DNA of 63,775 bases, counting the filler, from Vannella sp. (lineage: Eukaryota): the NCBI GenBank assembly GCA_023345925.1. It is 6 parts of 6 records of this genome, joined end to end, with 100 filler letters (N's around TTAATTAATTAA, not from the genome) between each part and the next. Parts side by side here need not be neighbours in the genome. Positions count along the whole stretch, not along the records: positions 38,110 to 55,071 come from JAJQQN010000422.1; 5 more parts are not named here. One strand, 5' to 3'. Position 1 is the stretch's first letter, and every line of letters begins with the position of its first letter. A program made the position numbers and the translations under genes. The notes beneath the pieces are model-generated. The model was given only the letters and a program-made list of their open reading frames with translations. It was not told the origin of the DNA and did not search any database. This document shows, piece by piece, positions 38,763 through 51,410 of the stretch.

Positions 38763-38911
38763 GGGTGCAAAGAGGGGTGCAAAGAGGGGTGCAATCAGGG
38801 AAAGTCCTCGATGGCTCCATTCTTTGCCCGCCATGCAAGGCGGGGAGCTCGGTTCTTTGCCTGCCATGCAAGGCGGGGAGCTCGGCTCTTTGCCTGCCAC
38901 GGAAGGCGAGG
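38763..38911 (+). repeat. Short tandem repeats: 12-nt GGGTGCAAAGAG x2.5 and a 33-nt unit x~2.7 (from 38821)
   Basis: TCTTTGCCYGCCATGCAAGGCGGGGAGCTCGGY repeated; encodes SLPAMQGGELG. Confidence 0.9.
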
Positions 38912-41032
38912 TTCTTACCTTTGCGGTCAAAGGCTGTGAAACAGTTCGGGAGATATTGACGCTTGCGAGAGCTCTCCGCTTGCTCCGAGAGGAGGAACTG
39001 GACTGCTTCTTGAGGGAGCTGGAGGAGTTGGAGAGGAGTTTGGATCCTTGTGTGTTCGAGTTCTGCTTCTGCGGGGGACTCTCCATCGGAAAGTCCTCTA
39101 TATTGAACGCCCTAATGCGTCTCTTCCTCCTTCCCATCAACTTCCGAGCAGAGACCGCGTTCTCCGTGGCCATTCATCACACTCCTTGGAACTTCAACTT
39201 TGACGAGCCTGTTCTGGAGGAGCCAGACGGAGATGTTTACGGAACTGGACGGAAAGAGATCCTGGCCAAACTAACCGAGCTCAACAAACAGATGAGGAGC
39301 GGGGAAGTGCCAGAGGAAGCTGGCATGGACTTGCGCATCCTCACTGAGATTCCCTTTCTCCAAAGTGTCGAAAAGGGAGTGATTTTGAAGTTCTCTGATG
39401 TACCTGGTAAGTCCCCAGAGGCCCAAAGATGACCCTAGTATTAACTGCATCACAGGCTACAATGAAGACAACCCAGAAAGGGCTGCCTCTGCAAGAGCGA
39501 AGATGCTTCGCGCGAATGTGCTTTGCTTCTTGATGGACAGTAGCCCTCCTGATATGGCCATGTCGAAGTATTTCCATGAAGTCTTGCAGGAAAGAAAAGA
39601 GCTCGTAAAGGGAGGCCGAGTGATCTTCCTGATGAACAAGAAAGACCGTATCACTGAAAGGGAGCGAGAGATGTACAAAAGCGATCTAGTAGCTCATCTC
39701 ACAGTACTTGATCCCGCTCTGGGAGAGTTAGCCTTCCGTAACTTCGTCCAAGTGAGCGCAGCAAACGAGAATTACTCTCGGAAGGCTCTCCAATTGATTG
39801 ATAGTGGCGAAGAGGTCACACTGGAACCCGAAGGCGAGGACGATGAAAAGCGATTGACTCTGGAAGAGATTGCGTATCTCGAAGGTGCTCTGTTTCGCCG
39901 CTTCTCTAAGAATCCGGCTTGGTTGCGTTCGCCAGAGGCCCATCAACAGTTGGAAGAGCTTCAGAAAGACTCTGGAATTGAGAAGTTGGAAGAAATCATT
40001 CACGAGAAACTAGTGAAGGGCGCTACGAGGGACTTTTACGAGGACTTGAGGGAACGGTTAGCGAGAATCTCCAAAGTGATATCCAATGTCTGTACCGAAA
40101 AGCTCCTTCCGTTGGAAACCCAAATAAGGGAGCTCGACGTTGAGGCTATTGAGGAAGTCACTCAGTCTGCAAGAGTCGGACTAGATTGGTTGGCAGATTT
40201 TGCCAGAGAACTTGGCGGGGAGGTTGACCGCTTTGCCAATCTGGGGGCTCTCCGCCAGCATCTCGTCGATATTGCAGAAAGATACAAGGCGGCACTGCCT
40301 CAAAGATACTACGCAAACCTTGAGGAAGCACGAGGAGAAGTCACTCACTTGACTACAAGTATGCACTCCGAAATGCTTGGGCCAGTCACAACAGCTCTCC
40401 AAGACATGGAAAACAAGTTTGAGATTTGCTGTCAGAAAGCAAGCAGAGGCATTCAGCATCGGCGTGAGGAGTTGCTGCAGAAAATCCTTAGTTTGAAGCC
40501 CATTCCCATGGGACTCCTTGAATTCTTCTACACTACATCTCCAACGATGTCTGGCGTTGCCGCGTTGAGAATTCCCGCATTGGATGTCGCATTCCCTTCG
40601 CCAAGTGCGAAGACTCGGTATCTCCGATTCACTGACGCTTTCCAGTACATGGCCTGGAAAAACGGGTGGAGAAAACAACACCCCCCCGAGGTGGATCCAA
40701 ATGTGGTCCAACCAAACAGAGTAGTCATCCATCAAGAGCATGGCTTCTCCAACACTTTCGAGGCTTTCCAGGAGAACGCGATGGCGATTGTAAATCACCT
40801 GGTTCTCGCAGCAGAAAACAGTGTTGCTCATTGCAAAGAGAGATTCTTGGGGCAATTCGATCAGAGTCTGAAACCATTGGAAGATACTCTTAAAGCAGTA
40901 GAATCCACACTCAGTCCGCAGTCAAAGGGGGCAAGAATAACAAGGGAGAAGCTCTCCACTGAAATCTACGAGCTCAACAACTTAATCAACTTGGCGCAGA
41001 CCCTCTTAACTGACGCGGAAAAGCGAGATTGA
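38833..41032 (+). CDS. Dynamin-superfamily (BDLP/mitofusin-like) large GTPase, 1 intron (~39407-39455)
   Basis: G1 GGLSIGKSSILNAL, G2 AETA, G3 DVPG, G4 NKKD, long helical C-terminus. Confidence 0.75.
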
Positions 41033-41152
41033 ACCAATTTGAGCTCAGAGTGTCCGTATCCTGCAGCTTAGGAACGCTCTAGATCCCAATAAACACACCA
41101 GTAACATCAATCTGGTTCCACAAGCCAGTCTTGGGAGGACCAATTCAGTATG

Positions 41153-41879
41153 TCACTCTTCGAGAGGCTTCACTTCGTTATCTTGCTCGGAAGAAGCTTT
41201 GATAGACGCTGAGAGCGACAAAAAGGGCAATCCACATTCCTGCAAGGGCAGAAATGCCATTCTGATGGAATTAGGGAGGAAGGGAGGTGAATGAAGGTGT
41301 ACCTTGAGAAGGAGAAAGTCAGAGTAAGATAGGAGGTCGTAATAGTGATTGTCTGGATTGAGGAGAGAGACGCCAGTGGTCATCACGACGAAGGAGAGGA
41401 AGAAGGCCAACCGTCCAAGGACAGAGTGCATTCGCAAGTGAGATTTAACGTTGTCAGGATAACGAGGATCGACTGTACCAAGAAGTGGCTGTCCCACGAG
41501 GACAAAGAGGGACAAAAGAAGCCCCAACCACGAGTGAAGATGCGCAAAGTGATCGAAAGAAGCGTGATCAATCATGGAGATGAAAGGAATGATCGTACCC
41601 AGTGCAGTGCATGTGTGCCCCATCAATTGAATGTTCAGATGAAGCTCGTACCAATCCCATGATCGCTCACGACACCTGTGAAGCAGTCAGACTGATTCAC
41701 GGGTACCAAGAACACAGAGAAACACACCACGCCCTCCCAAAGCGAGCGAGGAGAACACTCAAGGGAGTAAACAAACCAAACCCCAAAGCGAGGAGAAGAC
41801 CGTGCGTTCCAATGGCAACATTGTTCAGCATTCCTTTCCTTTCCTCGAGGAAGCTCCAAACTGGAACTTCTTCATTCAT
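41153..41879 (-). CDS. Cytochrome b561-family membrane protein, with intron(s)
   Basis: Heme-ligand His motifs THGLLLALGFG, LHLNIQ, HLHSWLGL, MHSVLGR in TM helices. Confidence 0.75.
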
Positions 41880-42419
41880 TTGAAGGCAATCTTGTGAGTT
41901 GGAATAAAAAGTAGTTTTAAATGATTTGAGCATTTTTTCGCTCCACTCTCGGTCACAGCGGTGGCGCACTCCACGTTGAAGCTCCAATGGAGCTCTTGTT
42001 GCCATGGCTTCATGATAGACGAATCAATCTATGCAGACGTGTTTGATGCGAATCACCATGATGGCCACGAACCACCAAGCTGGTACCAGGGCCCTCTGCT
42101 CAAGGACAAATCTCCTAAGTCCAAGTGTATGTGGTTCAACTCAACGAGAGAGAGCGCGCAGGCGATCTTATGGGTCATCATACTGGTGACCAATTTGGCA
42201 GAAGCAGACTGCCAACATCCGGAAAGGGTTCCTCTTTCCGATCAGACGAGGCCATCGATCCCCACCCAAGTCTGTCATATCCATATTTCCAAGAGAATAA
42301 CAAAAAAGCGCTGAATAACACACAAAGACGGCTCTCACCCGACGTCCTGATCTAACCGAACACAGGGCATATTGATTATTTTACTTCGAAAATTTTAATG
42401 AGGAAAATCGCATTTCCCC

Positions 42420-42493
42420 GCCTTTATGGCTCAGTTGGCTAGAGCGTCCGGCTGTTAACCGGAAGGTCCGTGGTTCGAGCCCACGTAGAGGCG
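42420..42493 (+). tRNA. tRNA-Asn (GTT)
   Basis: Full cloverleaf: acceptor GCCTTTA/TAGAGGC, anticodon arm TCCGG-CTGTTAA-CCGGA, T arm CGTGG-TTCGAGC-CCACG; no encoded CCA; T6 Pol III terminator at ~42498. Confidence 0.97.
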
Positions 42494-42810
42494 TCTCTTT
42501 TTTAGATTGTTTCCTTGTTTGCTTTTTCAGAAGCGTGTTTTGGGGTGCCAAGATGAGGTTCTCTCCGTAACTGTTGAGACCCAAACAAGGGGAAATGCCC
42601 CCGTCGCTCGTGACTCGTCTCCTTGACCGATGTTGCAGGGGCTGCGTCTGCAAGGACAGAGGCGCCCGCCATCAGCACTTTGACAGAAAATGATCCGTTA
42701 CCTCAGAACTCCGAGTTTAAAACAACAGACGAAGAGAGCTAATCAAATTCGAGCATTTAGCGAGGGAACGGTCGCGACGTCCATTATTTTCTTCTGGCCA
42801 CCCAACCGTG

Positions 42811-44713
42811 ATGAGTTCCCGCAAAAGCGTGCGTGATGGAGCGCTAAAGAAGGCCAAGGTTCCCTTCTCTTTGATGAAAGGCTTCATTGAATCCCTCGAG
42901 AAAGGCGAGGAGGCGTTGGAACCTCGCATTTTCCTCGGTCTGGTGGAGGTTCTGATGAAAGAGACCCAGAAACTGAAAGATCAGAGCAAGGCGCAAGAGA
43001 AGAGACAGCAATGCTTGGAGACCTACGTCGCTGAATCACATGAGGTTAACCAGGCGCGCTTCCTTCATCTACAAGAAAGCGGGAGAGCTCTTGTTCAAGA
43101 TATTACCGCTCTTGCTAATCAGGAGACCTTTCAGGCACAGTCAGACGTCCTGAGCAAACTCCTGCAGTCTGCTGAAGCCCACCGATCGTCGAGCTTCGTT
43201 CCGTTCCCCTCTTTTGAAGAGTGGCTGGAACGTTACCAGGGAGGAGAAGACTCAGAGGGACCTATCGATGAAGGACTAGAAGTAGAGGAAGAGGAGCCAG
43301 AGGAAGTGTTATCAGGCTCCCCTAGGAAACCTGAATTAGTCACTCTTCAACTGCTCGATGTTAGTCTCCTCCTTGGGGTGTTCCTTGTGGTCACTTACTG
43401 TGTATAGACCCCTCAGGCTCATTCTCTCGTTCGCACGCTGATTGTGCCCTCAGCATCCGGTTTTCGGATGGAAAATGGAACTTCCAGCTATGGGGAGAGC
43501 TGTTCTATGGAGAGGATCGATGCTCTTCGGGGGCTTGTGGACACAGCAAGCGACGTTCCTTACTATCAATGCTACTATGTTGGCAAACGTACGTTCAGAA
43601 GGCTCCATCGCGAGCTCTCTTCGCTCACAATCTTCAGCCCATTCCAACTTTATAGTGGATGATGAAGCAGGGATCTTCCTTATCAGCATGGCTAGCCCTG
43701 AAGGCAGTGCGAAAGAGGAGCTGAAGAAGTATGGGGCCATTGTCAGGCATCAGGACGGAACGAGCACATTCGATGTCAGCAAGGCACGGAACAAGAAGAA
43801 GAAGATTTCCCAGATGTTCCACATAAGCCCAACTGCTCACTGGAAGGAGATAAGAGAGGCCTCTTTCCAGGCTGAGCTGAAAGCGTTGGAGCAGAAAGAA
43901 CTTCTTGTGCGCCATCGGTACAAGTTTGCTTTTCTCTACGTCAAAGAAGGACAAGACCAGAGTGCCATGTTCAGTAACAGTTAGGTTCACAAGGCTTAAG
44001 ACCAAAGCAGAGCTAATCCCAGCATAGCGGAAGGAAGTGAAGATTGGAAAGAGTTTCTCAACTTTATGGGGGAAACCGTCGAGTTGAAAGGCTGGAAAGC
44101 CTATGCGGGTGGATTAGACACCACAAGTAGGTCCCCTATCTCTCTTATCTATCCCATTTTAATGCCAAAGTAGCGGAAACGACGGGAACGCACTCTCTGT
44201 ATCTCCAACATATGGGTTTGGAAGTAATGTTTCACGTATCGACAATGATTCCCGCTTCACAGAGTGATGAGCAACAGGTGGAGAGGAAAAGGCACTTGGG
44301 CAATGATGTTGTGATGCTCATCTTCAAAGAAGGAAATGATCCTTTCTCTCCCTCAATTATCCGCTCTCACTTTAACTCTGTGTTCCTTGTTGTCCAAAAG
44401 GTTGTAATTGAAGGCTCAACGGATACCTTTTACCAATTGGCTGTCTCCACGAAGGACTCAATCTCTCCTTTCCCTCCTTTCCTGCCAGAATGTCCCATTT
44501 ACAAGAAGAACCGGTCCCTTCGAGATCTCATCATTTCCAAGAGTATGTTATTCCCACTCAATCTCTTTCTTGTGCTGACACTGAAAAGTGATGAACGGGG
44601 AACGAGCCACTTACCAAACCCCCGAGTTCATGGCCAGAATGGCTCGAGCAAGAACTGGTGCAATGAGGAGTATTGCAAAAGAGTACCTGAAAGAAAGTAC
44701 TCCAAAGAAATAG
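42811..44713 (+). CDS. Rap/Ran GTPase-activating protein (RapGAP domain), multiple introns
   Basis: YKFAFLY, MFSN, YAGGLD, EVMFHVSTMIP, QQVERKRHLGNDVV. Confidence 0.92.
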
Positions 44714-44773
44714 ATTTCTCGAACTTGTATTCACTGGAAAGCTCCATTTCGGTGTACCCGATGCAGAGATGCG

Positions 44774-46398
44774 TTAATCTTCTCCATCTGAAAACCCAGT
44801 CAAATCCTCCACAAGAACTTCTGATTCTGAGAGGTTAGGATCCTCTTCTATCGCTAAAGCTTCAGAGAGAACATCTGGTATCTGGAACGGATCTGTTCCC
44901 CAATCAGAATCCAGGGGAATGTCTTCAAAATCGAGTGGGGGAAGCTCTTTTGGTACGGAAATAGGTTGGCCTCTATCACCTAACGGCAGTGCTTTAGCTG
45001 CTTTTGGTTCCCAATCACCGTCGGGTTCTGGCACATCCGGTTCTGAGTCTTCATCCGACCCACATTTTCGGACTTTCTTCAATTCCACCTCTTCTTCCTC
45101 CTCTTCTTGACCCTCCTCCTCATCATCATCAGGCCCATTCTTGATGTTTCTTATTGGAGAAGAGGCCCGTGAAGAAGCGCGTGATGATGCTCGTGACGAA
45201 TTGGTACTGTTGGCCCCACTGACTATTTCAACTTCTTCTCCCCGCAAAAGAGCTTTGACATCATCTTCCGCTACCAAAGAATCGTAAGGATAAGAGCAAA
45301 TCGACGTCAGCATCAGACTCACAAATTCGTATTCGGTTGCGAACCGCAAAGTCCACAAGATGTGGATTTCGCTTCTCCTCGGAATGCATCTTACTACGGA
45401 GTTGATCTCGAGTTCGATCTTTCAGTATTAAAGTCATGTTCGTCAGATTCGGTCCAAAAACGCGCAACGCGCGATAGAATTCGGCCGTTTGCTCTTTGTT
45501 CCAACGCTGGAAACGCGTTTCCTTTCTCCGAAACGATCGCTGACTCAGTTTTTCGGTAGTTTCAGTGGTCCTCTGTCGTCTGAATACTAATGGGGCTGTT
45601 TGGATGAGGGACTCCTCATTGATGACGACTTTGCCATCGACTATTTGGATTTGTGGTTGGGACGCAGCCGCTGCGGCCTCGGCGGCCTCGGCGGCAGCAG
45701 CCTCCCTATTCTTAACGTCAGCTTTGACCTCTGAATCGAAGAGGTATCTCATACTCGCCCTCTTCATCTTCCTCCGCGGTGGGAGGCTTTGGGGTGGCTT
45801 GTTTGGGAGGTTTACCGCGGTTCTGACTGCAAAGTAAGGCCACCTCTCCTAAGCTGAATAAAGTGAGGTCTTCTTCTTCCTCTTCCTCCTCTTCCCGGAC
45901 CTCTTCCTCAATGCCATTGCCTTCCTCCTCTGCTTGCACTGCCCTCTCGAGAGCCTGTTGAGCTTCTTGAGCCTCTCGGGTCTTTTTGGTAGACCTCTGA
46001 CGTGCTGGATTGGTTGGTAGAGCGGGAGGAGCTTCCGGGAGCTCTGGTTCCGTTGCAGTTGATCGTTTGTCCTTCTCCTTCTTCCGGTTCGCCTGAGGGG
46101 AGGACTCTTCGGGGGCATCCTCTTGTGCTTTGGATCTGGAGAGACGAACCAAAGCTCTCTTCTTCTTACTCCCTGCACCATCCTCAACAGTAAGCGATGG
46201 CTCCTCCAAATCTTCCCCGAAAGGCTCTTCCTGCAGTGCCTCTTCCTCCTCCTCCGCCTCCATCGCCTCCACACCAGCCCCTTGCAAGCTTCTCAATCGA
46301 GGAGAATGCAGCGATGCCAGTCGCTTGGTAGGCGGAGAAGAACCTCGTTCTCCCTTCCCGTCCAAACCAGACCTTTTGCCCAACCGCTTCCCGCTCAT
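44774..46398 (-). CDS. BDP1: TFIIIB B'' subunit (Bdp1, SANT domain), 2 introns
   Basis: PQIQIVDGKVVINEESL and RWNKEQTAEFYRALRVFG..RTRDQLRSK..EEKRNP. Confidence 0.85.
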
Positions 46399-46478
46399 GG
46401 ACAATTAAAAATAAGATTTAAAAGCTAATTAGAGGGTGGGCCGAATTAAAGTGCCATTTGGTTGCAGGCAGGCTGGGA

Positions 46479-48482
46479 ATGGAGCCGCAGCAGAACTTGA
46501 CCACTTCGTTGACGTGGGAGCAATTGGAAGGTGTCAAACTGCATGAGGAGGTGCTCCAGGTACTGAGAGAGAACCAGTTTGTGAAGACGACGCCGGTGCA
46601 AGTGCATACGCTTCCTCTCTTCCTTTCACACAAGGATGTGGCGGTGCAGGCTTGTACGGGATCGGGGAAGACCCTTGCGTTTGCTATTCCTTTGGTAGAG
46701 ATCCTTTTGCGTGCGCTGTCTAGTGGAACAACCTTCTTATCCACTCAAGTAGCTGCATTGGTGATTACCCCAGTCCGGTGAGTCTGTCTTTGCTTCACCC
46801 TCCTTGGGTTTGGTCCTGATCACTTTGCGCCTTCAAGGGAGTTGGCAAAGCAAGTGAAAGAAGTCATTGAACTCTTCTCCAAGCCTCTTGGGATGCAAAC
46901 TTTCCTCTTGATCGGAGGAAGCTCTCCTGAAGAAGACAAGGAACTCTTCCTCCAGCACTCTGCCAACCCCTCGAAAGGCTTGATCATCGTTGGGACTCCA
47001 GGCAAGCTCGAATCAGCTCTCTACAGCTCTCCCCCTCTCTTCAACACACGACAATTGGAAGTTCTGATCATGGACGAAGCTGACAGCTTGTTAGAGATGG
47101 GCTTTGAAGCTTCTCTCAACCGTATTCTTCACAAGCTCCCCAAACAACGAAGAACGGTAAGCTCCCCACTCCTAAGCCAGAGACATTCTCACTCTATCGC
47201 TTCGCTTTGAAAGGGATTGTTCTCTGCTACCCAGACAAAAGAGCTTACCCAGCTGATCCGTGCAGGACTGCGTAATCCAGTCCAGATCAACGTCACAGTG
47301 AACTCCACAGACGAGGAGAAGATGGGATCGGAGCAAGTCATTCCAGTGAGCTTGGAGAACTTCTATTGCATCATTCCTGTTGAAGCCAAGCTTCTTCAGC
47401 TTGTCCAACTGCTTCTCGATCACTCATCAGCCAAGATCATCTGCTACTTCCTCACTTGTGCTCAAGTGAACTACTTCTGGCGAGTTGTGACCCGTTTGGA
47501 GTCAATCCAAGCGGCTGGAATTGACATTTATTCTCTCCATGGCAAAGTGCCACATGACAAGCGGAAGGGAATCTACGAGGACTTTATCACAAAGGAAAGC
47601 GGGATTCTCTTTACTACGGACGTGGCAGCTCGCGGGTTAGACTTTCCCCATGTCGACTGGGTCATTCAATACGACGCTCCGCAGAATCCGGATCAGTTTG
47701 TTCATCGGATTGGCCGCACAGCGCGTATGGGAAGGTCTGGGAAGGCTGTTGTCTTCTTGACGGCAGAGGAAGATGACTACATTGTCCTTCTCCGGCACAA
47801 GGGTATACCCATTGAGAGCATGCAAGCGCGAACCGCCCTCGAGAACATCCTCCCTTTGATTCAGGACCAGCAACGAAAAGAACGAGAAACGTATGAGAAG
47901 GCCCAACTGGCCTTTGTCTCTTTCATTCGAGCCTACAAAGAGCACGCGTGTAGTTATATCTTCCGCCTTAACCGCATTGACCTCGGCAACCTCGCAAATG
48001 GCTTTGGCCTTTTGAATTTGCCAAAGATGCCGGAATTGGGAAACCCCAACCGGACCATCAACTTCCAGCCCGCTCCCATCGACCCCAATTCCATCCGCTT
48101 TAAGGATAAGAAACGCGAGAACATCCGCCAGAAGCAATTGAAGCAACTGAGAGCCAGACAAGAAGAGCGTGCCAATCGGCTCAAGCCAGTCAAAGTCATC
48201 AAGAAGACCGATGCCTGGTCGGCCAAGAAACGCCGAGTAGCACTGAAAGAAGGCTTTGATGTCAAGTCAGCAGTGGATGCGCCAAGTGACGAAGAAGTGG
48301 ATTGGGATGACGACTGGCAAGCCATGGAGACGGAAAAGAAGCTGAAGAAGCGCTTCCGCAAGGGCAAGATCTCCCAACGAGTCTTCGACAAGCAAATGGA
48401 CAACCTTGACGCCATCACTGAGCTCAAGCAGTTGACCGCGTCCATGCCCTCGGCCGACCCCGCCGACCCCGCCCTTTCTTAA
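46479..48482 (+). CDS. DDX55: DEAD-box RNA helicase DDX55/Spb4, 2 introns
   Basis: ACTGSGKT, DEAD, SAT, HRIGRTAR, AFVSFIRAYKEH, LPKMPEL. Confidence 0.93.
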
Positions 48483-48630
48483 GCCCAGTTCTCTAAACTG
48501 GTGCTTCTGCTGGATCAATGGAACGCATTTGGAAGCTAACAGGGCTGGTAGGAGTGAGGGGAGTCCCTCTAGAGCTGGGAAAGTCGCGTTATTGGGAGGG
48601 AGAGAATCATTTCTTGGTGGTTGGGGGCTG

Positions 48631-51351
48631 ATGAGCACGCGGAGCCGCGCTGCGAAGAATCGAAAGGCAAAGGAGAAGCAAACAGAAGAGGATGTGCTGG
48701 TTCCCAAGCTCGATGAGGCAACGATCTTGTCGAACATGGAGAAGATCAAACAGAAGATCATCGATACTAGCAAGGTGCTTGACCTTCACGCCTCTCTCAA
48801 GCTCGAACTAGACGCTGCGAAGAAGGCTTCAAGGTCTAAGACACAGGAGTGTGAGAACCTGAGGTCCCAGATCATCGATCTTATCAGCCAACACGAGCCC
48901 TTACAACGGAAGATCACCGCTCAAGAGGTGGACGTGGCCAAGGCCAAGCAAGACGTTGAGACATTGAGTATCCAAGTCCGTAGTAGAGATTCCCTTACTC
49001 AGCAGCTCAAAGCCGAGCTCGAGGAGCACCGCTCTGCTCGATCGAAGGACACTCACATCAAGAAGGAGCTCAAGTCTCGGCTTTTAGTGCTCTCCAAGCA
49101 GGTGGAAGAGTTTCATCGTCGTTCTCAAACAGAAGCAGAAGGAATGAGAGACTTAGGTACCAAGTTGGCCTCCTCTGCAGAGAAAACGGACAGTTTTCGT
49201 GCTGTTCTAGTCGGTTTGCTTCCCCACCTGCGTCGTCTGTCACCAGATGGACTTGATCATGCGCTAGTGAATGAGGTAGAGCAAGTTCTAGGTCGAAAGA
49301 TCTCCCAACCGAAGAAAACGAACCGACGGACACAAGTGACTGCTTCAAAGGGTGATGAAGAGCTCCGCCAGGTTCACTCAAACCATTTGGAACAACAACA
49401 GTGTTCCAGTGAGTCCTCTTCTGACTCTGAGGAGGAGCTTCCCAACCCAGTAGTCGACCAAACGCCTCCAAAAAAGCCTGTTGGACGGCCCAGGAAAGAC
49501 TCAAAGGCTGTAAGTCGCCAGGCCCTGAGTGAAGCTTCATTGGACTCTCCCAAGATTCCCCTGAAGCGTGTTACTCGCTCAACAGTGCGAAGTCAAAGTG
49601 GCAATTCACACACATTGAAGGATAGGAGTCCCTCTGTAGGGTCAGGAACCATCACGATGGAGGACTATTCAATCTCTCCGCCTCTCTCTCCCACCCGCTC
49701 ATTTTCTTCTGAGGAATCAGTATCTGACTTCGAACCTCTCACGGCTTCTCAGGACCCACCACTTGTTCCGCAAAGTCCTCCAAAGCCTTTGATGGAATTT
49801 GAGCCAGACGTGCCATTAGCAGCTCCAGAGAGTGTCTTAAAGAAGAAGAGAACGAGAAGTACCCGAAAAGAACCTGTAAAACCGAGAAAGAAGCGGAAAA
49901 CAAGTCTTGAGGCACCTCCAACTGCTCCAGATGCTAGAAAAGGAGAGGAATTGGATACTGTCCCGATCGAATGTAGTATGGAAGAACTGTTAGTGTCGAC
50001 AGAAACCTATTGCGCTCTAATGGACCTCCATCCTCGCTGGCCACCGGAAAGTGAGAAGAATTACATTACTAGGCGCCTTGAAGAACTATTTACAGCGCCA
50101 TTGTTGAACGCAGACTCGTACCAGATCGTTCTATTGTCAGCTCTGTACGATCTACAACTGCATGTCCCCGACTTGGACGAGATAATTCAGCCTCTCTTAA
50201 TCATTTATGACAAAGCCAACGGGAGCTTTCTGTCGAAAAAGGCGAAAGTCTCGCCAAGGGACTGTTTTTTGACTCCTCTCTGCAACGAAGAAGACAAGCA
50301 ACTATCAGATCGTATCCAAATCTTAAACGATTTGGTTTGGAATCTCTCAAAACTCTCCACCGAGTCCAGCAATTCAGAGAGAATCCGAATCTCATTGCCA
50401 ACCTCTCCAATGTCCCCTTTTTTGTCCAACCTTCTTTCTGCGATGTTAAAAAAAATGCTGTCAACTCCTGGCCGTGGAATGCACCACCGAAGGGCACTTC
50501 TTAGGTAAGTGTGTCTTGCTAATCGCTCATTTCTAATTAATGGGAGTAGCAAGAGATACGGGGAAATTTGTCGGGCATTCTCACTTTCTGAGTACTTCCG
50601 AAGTGCTTTGTTCCAATTTATTTGGCCATCCAAAGGACAAAACGAGATTGATCTTGTCGCCATCGCCTCCCTTCTCTCTGTTTGGCCGGAAGTGCTAACA
50701 CAACCAGATTCCTCAAAAAGCGGAATACTTGAAGACACTCTGTATTTCGTCCTTTCCAATTGCAAGGCAGAAAAAGCCGACGATATTCACCAATATGTTA
50801 TGAATCACCTCCCTTCACGAGAATTGTCACTCGAAAATCTCATTCAAACCTCAGCGGACGAATTGGCTTTGTTGAGGACAGCAAGCAGCGTAGAGGAGGC
50901 CATTGAAAGCCAAATCCTGTTTTCTGTTCAAGCGTCTTGGGAGCTTCTAAGTTGTGGTCGAGGATGGGAATGGACTTATACTTCTCTGATTTTCAATCAT
51001 TTAACCAAGTTTATGGTCCAAACTTCTCCTGAACCACTTCTGGCCGCTGTTATTCACTTAACAGGGCGCCTGTGTAAAATATCTCTCCAGAAGGCTCCCA
51101 ACCCCTTCTCGCTGAAAGCGATTCCTCAAATCCGCGCTCGTATGATGTCGATGCTCCAACCAAAGTCTCCTTTTAGCTCAACTCTTCAGCTCTGTGCAGC
51201 TCAATCTCTCATGGACATGTCTTTCGGTTGCTCATTGTTCCTAAAGGGAGTTCAAGCGTGGTATCAGCGGCTAACTCCAGAGCAAGTATCCTCTCTCCCT
51301 CCAACACTTCAAGCACTCTCATCCACTCTATGTAGAGATGAAACGCAATAA
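48631..51351 (+). CDS. ICE1-like (little elongation complex subunit 1) protein: coiled coil, disordered middle, helical C-terminal domain; intron 50505-50549
   Basis: C-terminal ELL..GWEWT..LI..GRL..QLCAAQSL..W pattern recalled from ICE1; AT-hook-like GRPRK. Confidence 0.55.
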
Positions 51352-51410
51352 CTCACTTTCAGTTTGTCACTGAGAAAGGATTTATTGGAAGCGTCTTAAC
51401 TCGGCTTACC

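Noticed and set aside
38763..38911. Direct repeats considered as a CRISPR array
   Set aside because: Tandem repeats without spacers, partly coding, in a eukaryotic context with no cas genes
42420..46398. tRNA gene close to the Pol III factor Bdp1
   Set aside because: Separated by RapGAP; nothing beyond coincidence in a compact genome
50500..50550. In-frame TAA between two long same-frame ORFs, suggesting readthrough or an altered genetic code
   Set aside because: The TAA lies within the GTAAGT donor of a 45-nt intron; all three stop codons terminate genes normally elsewhere in the window
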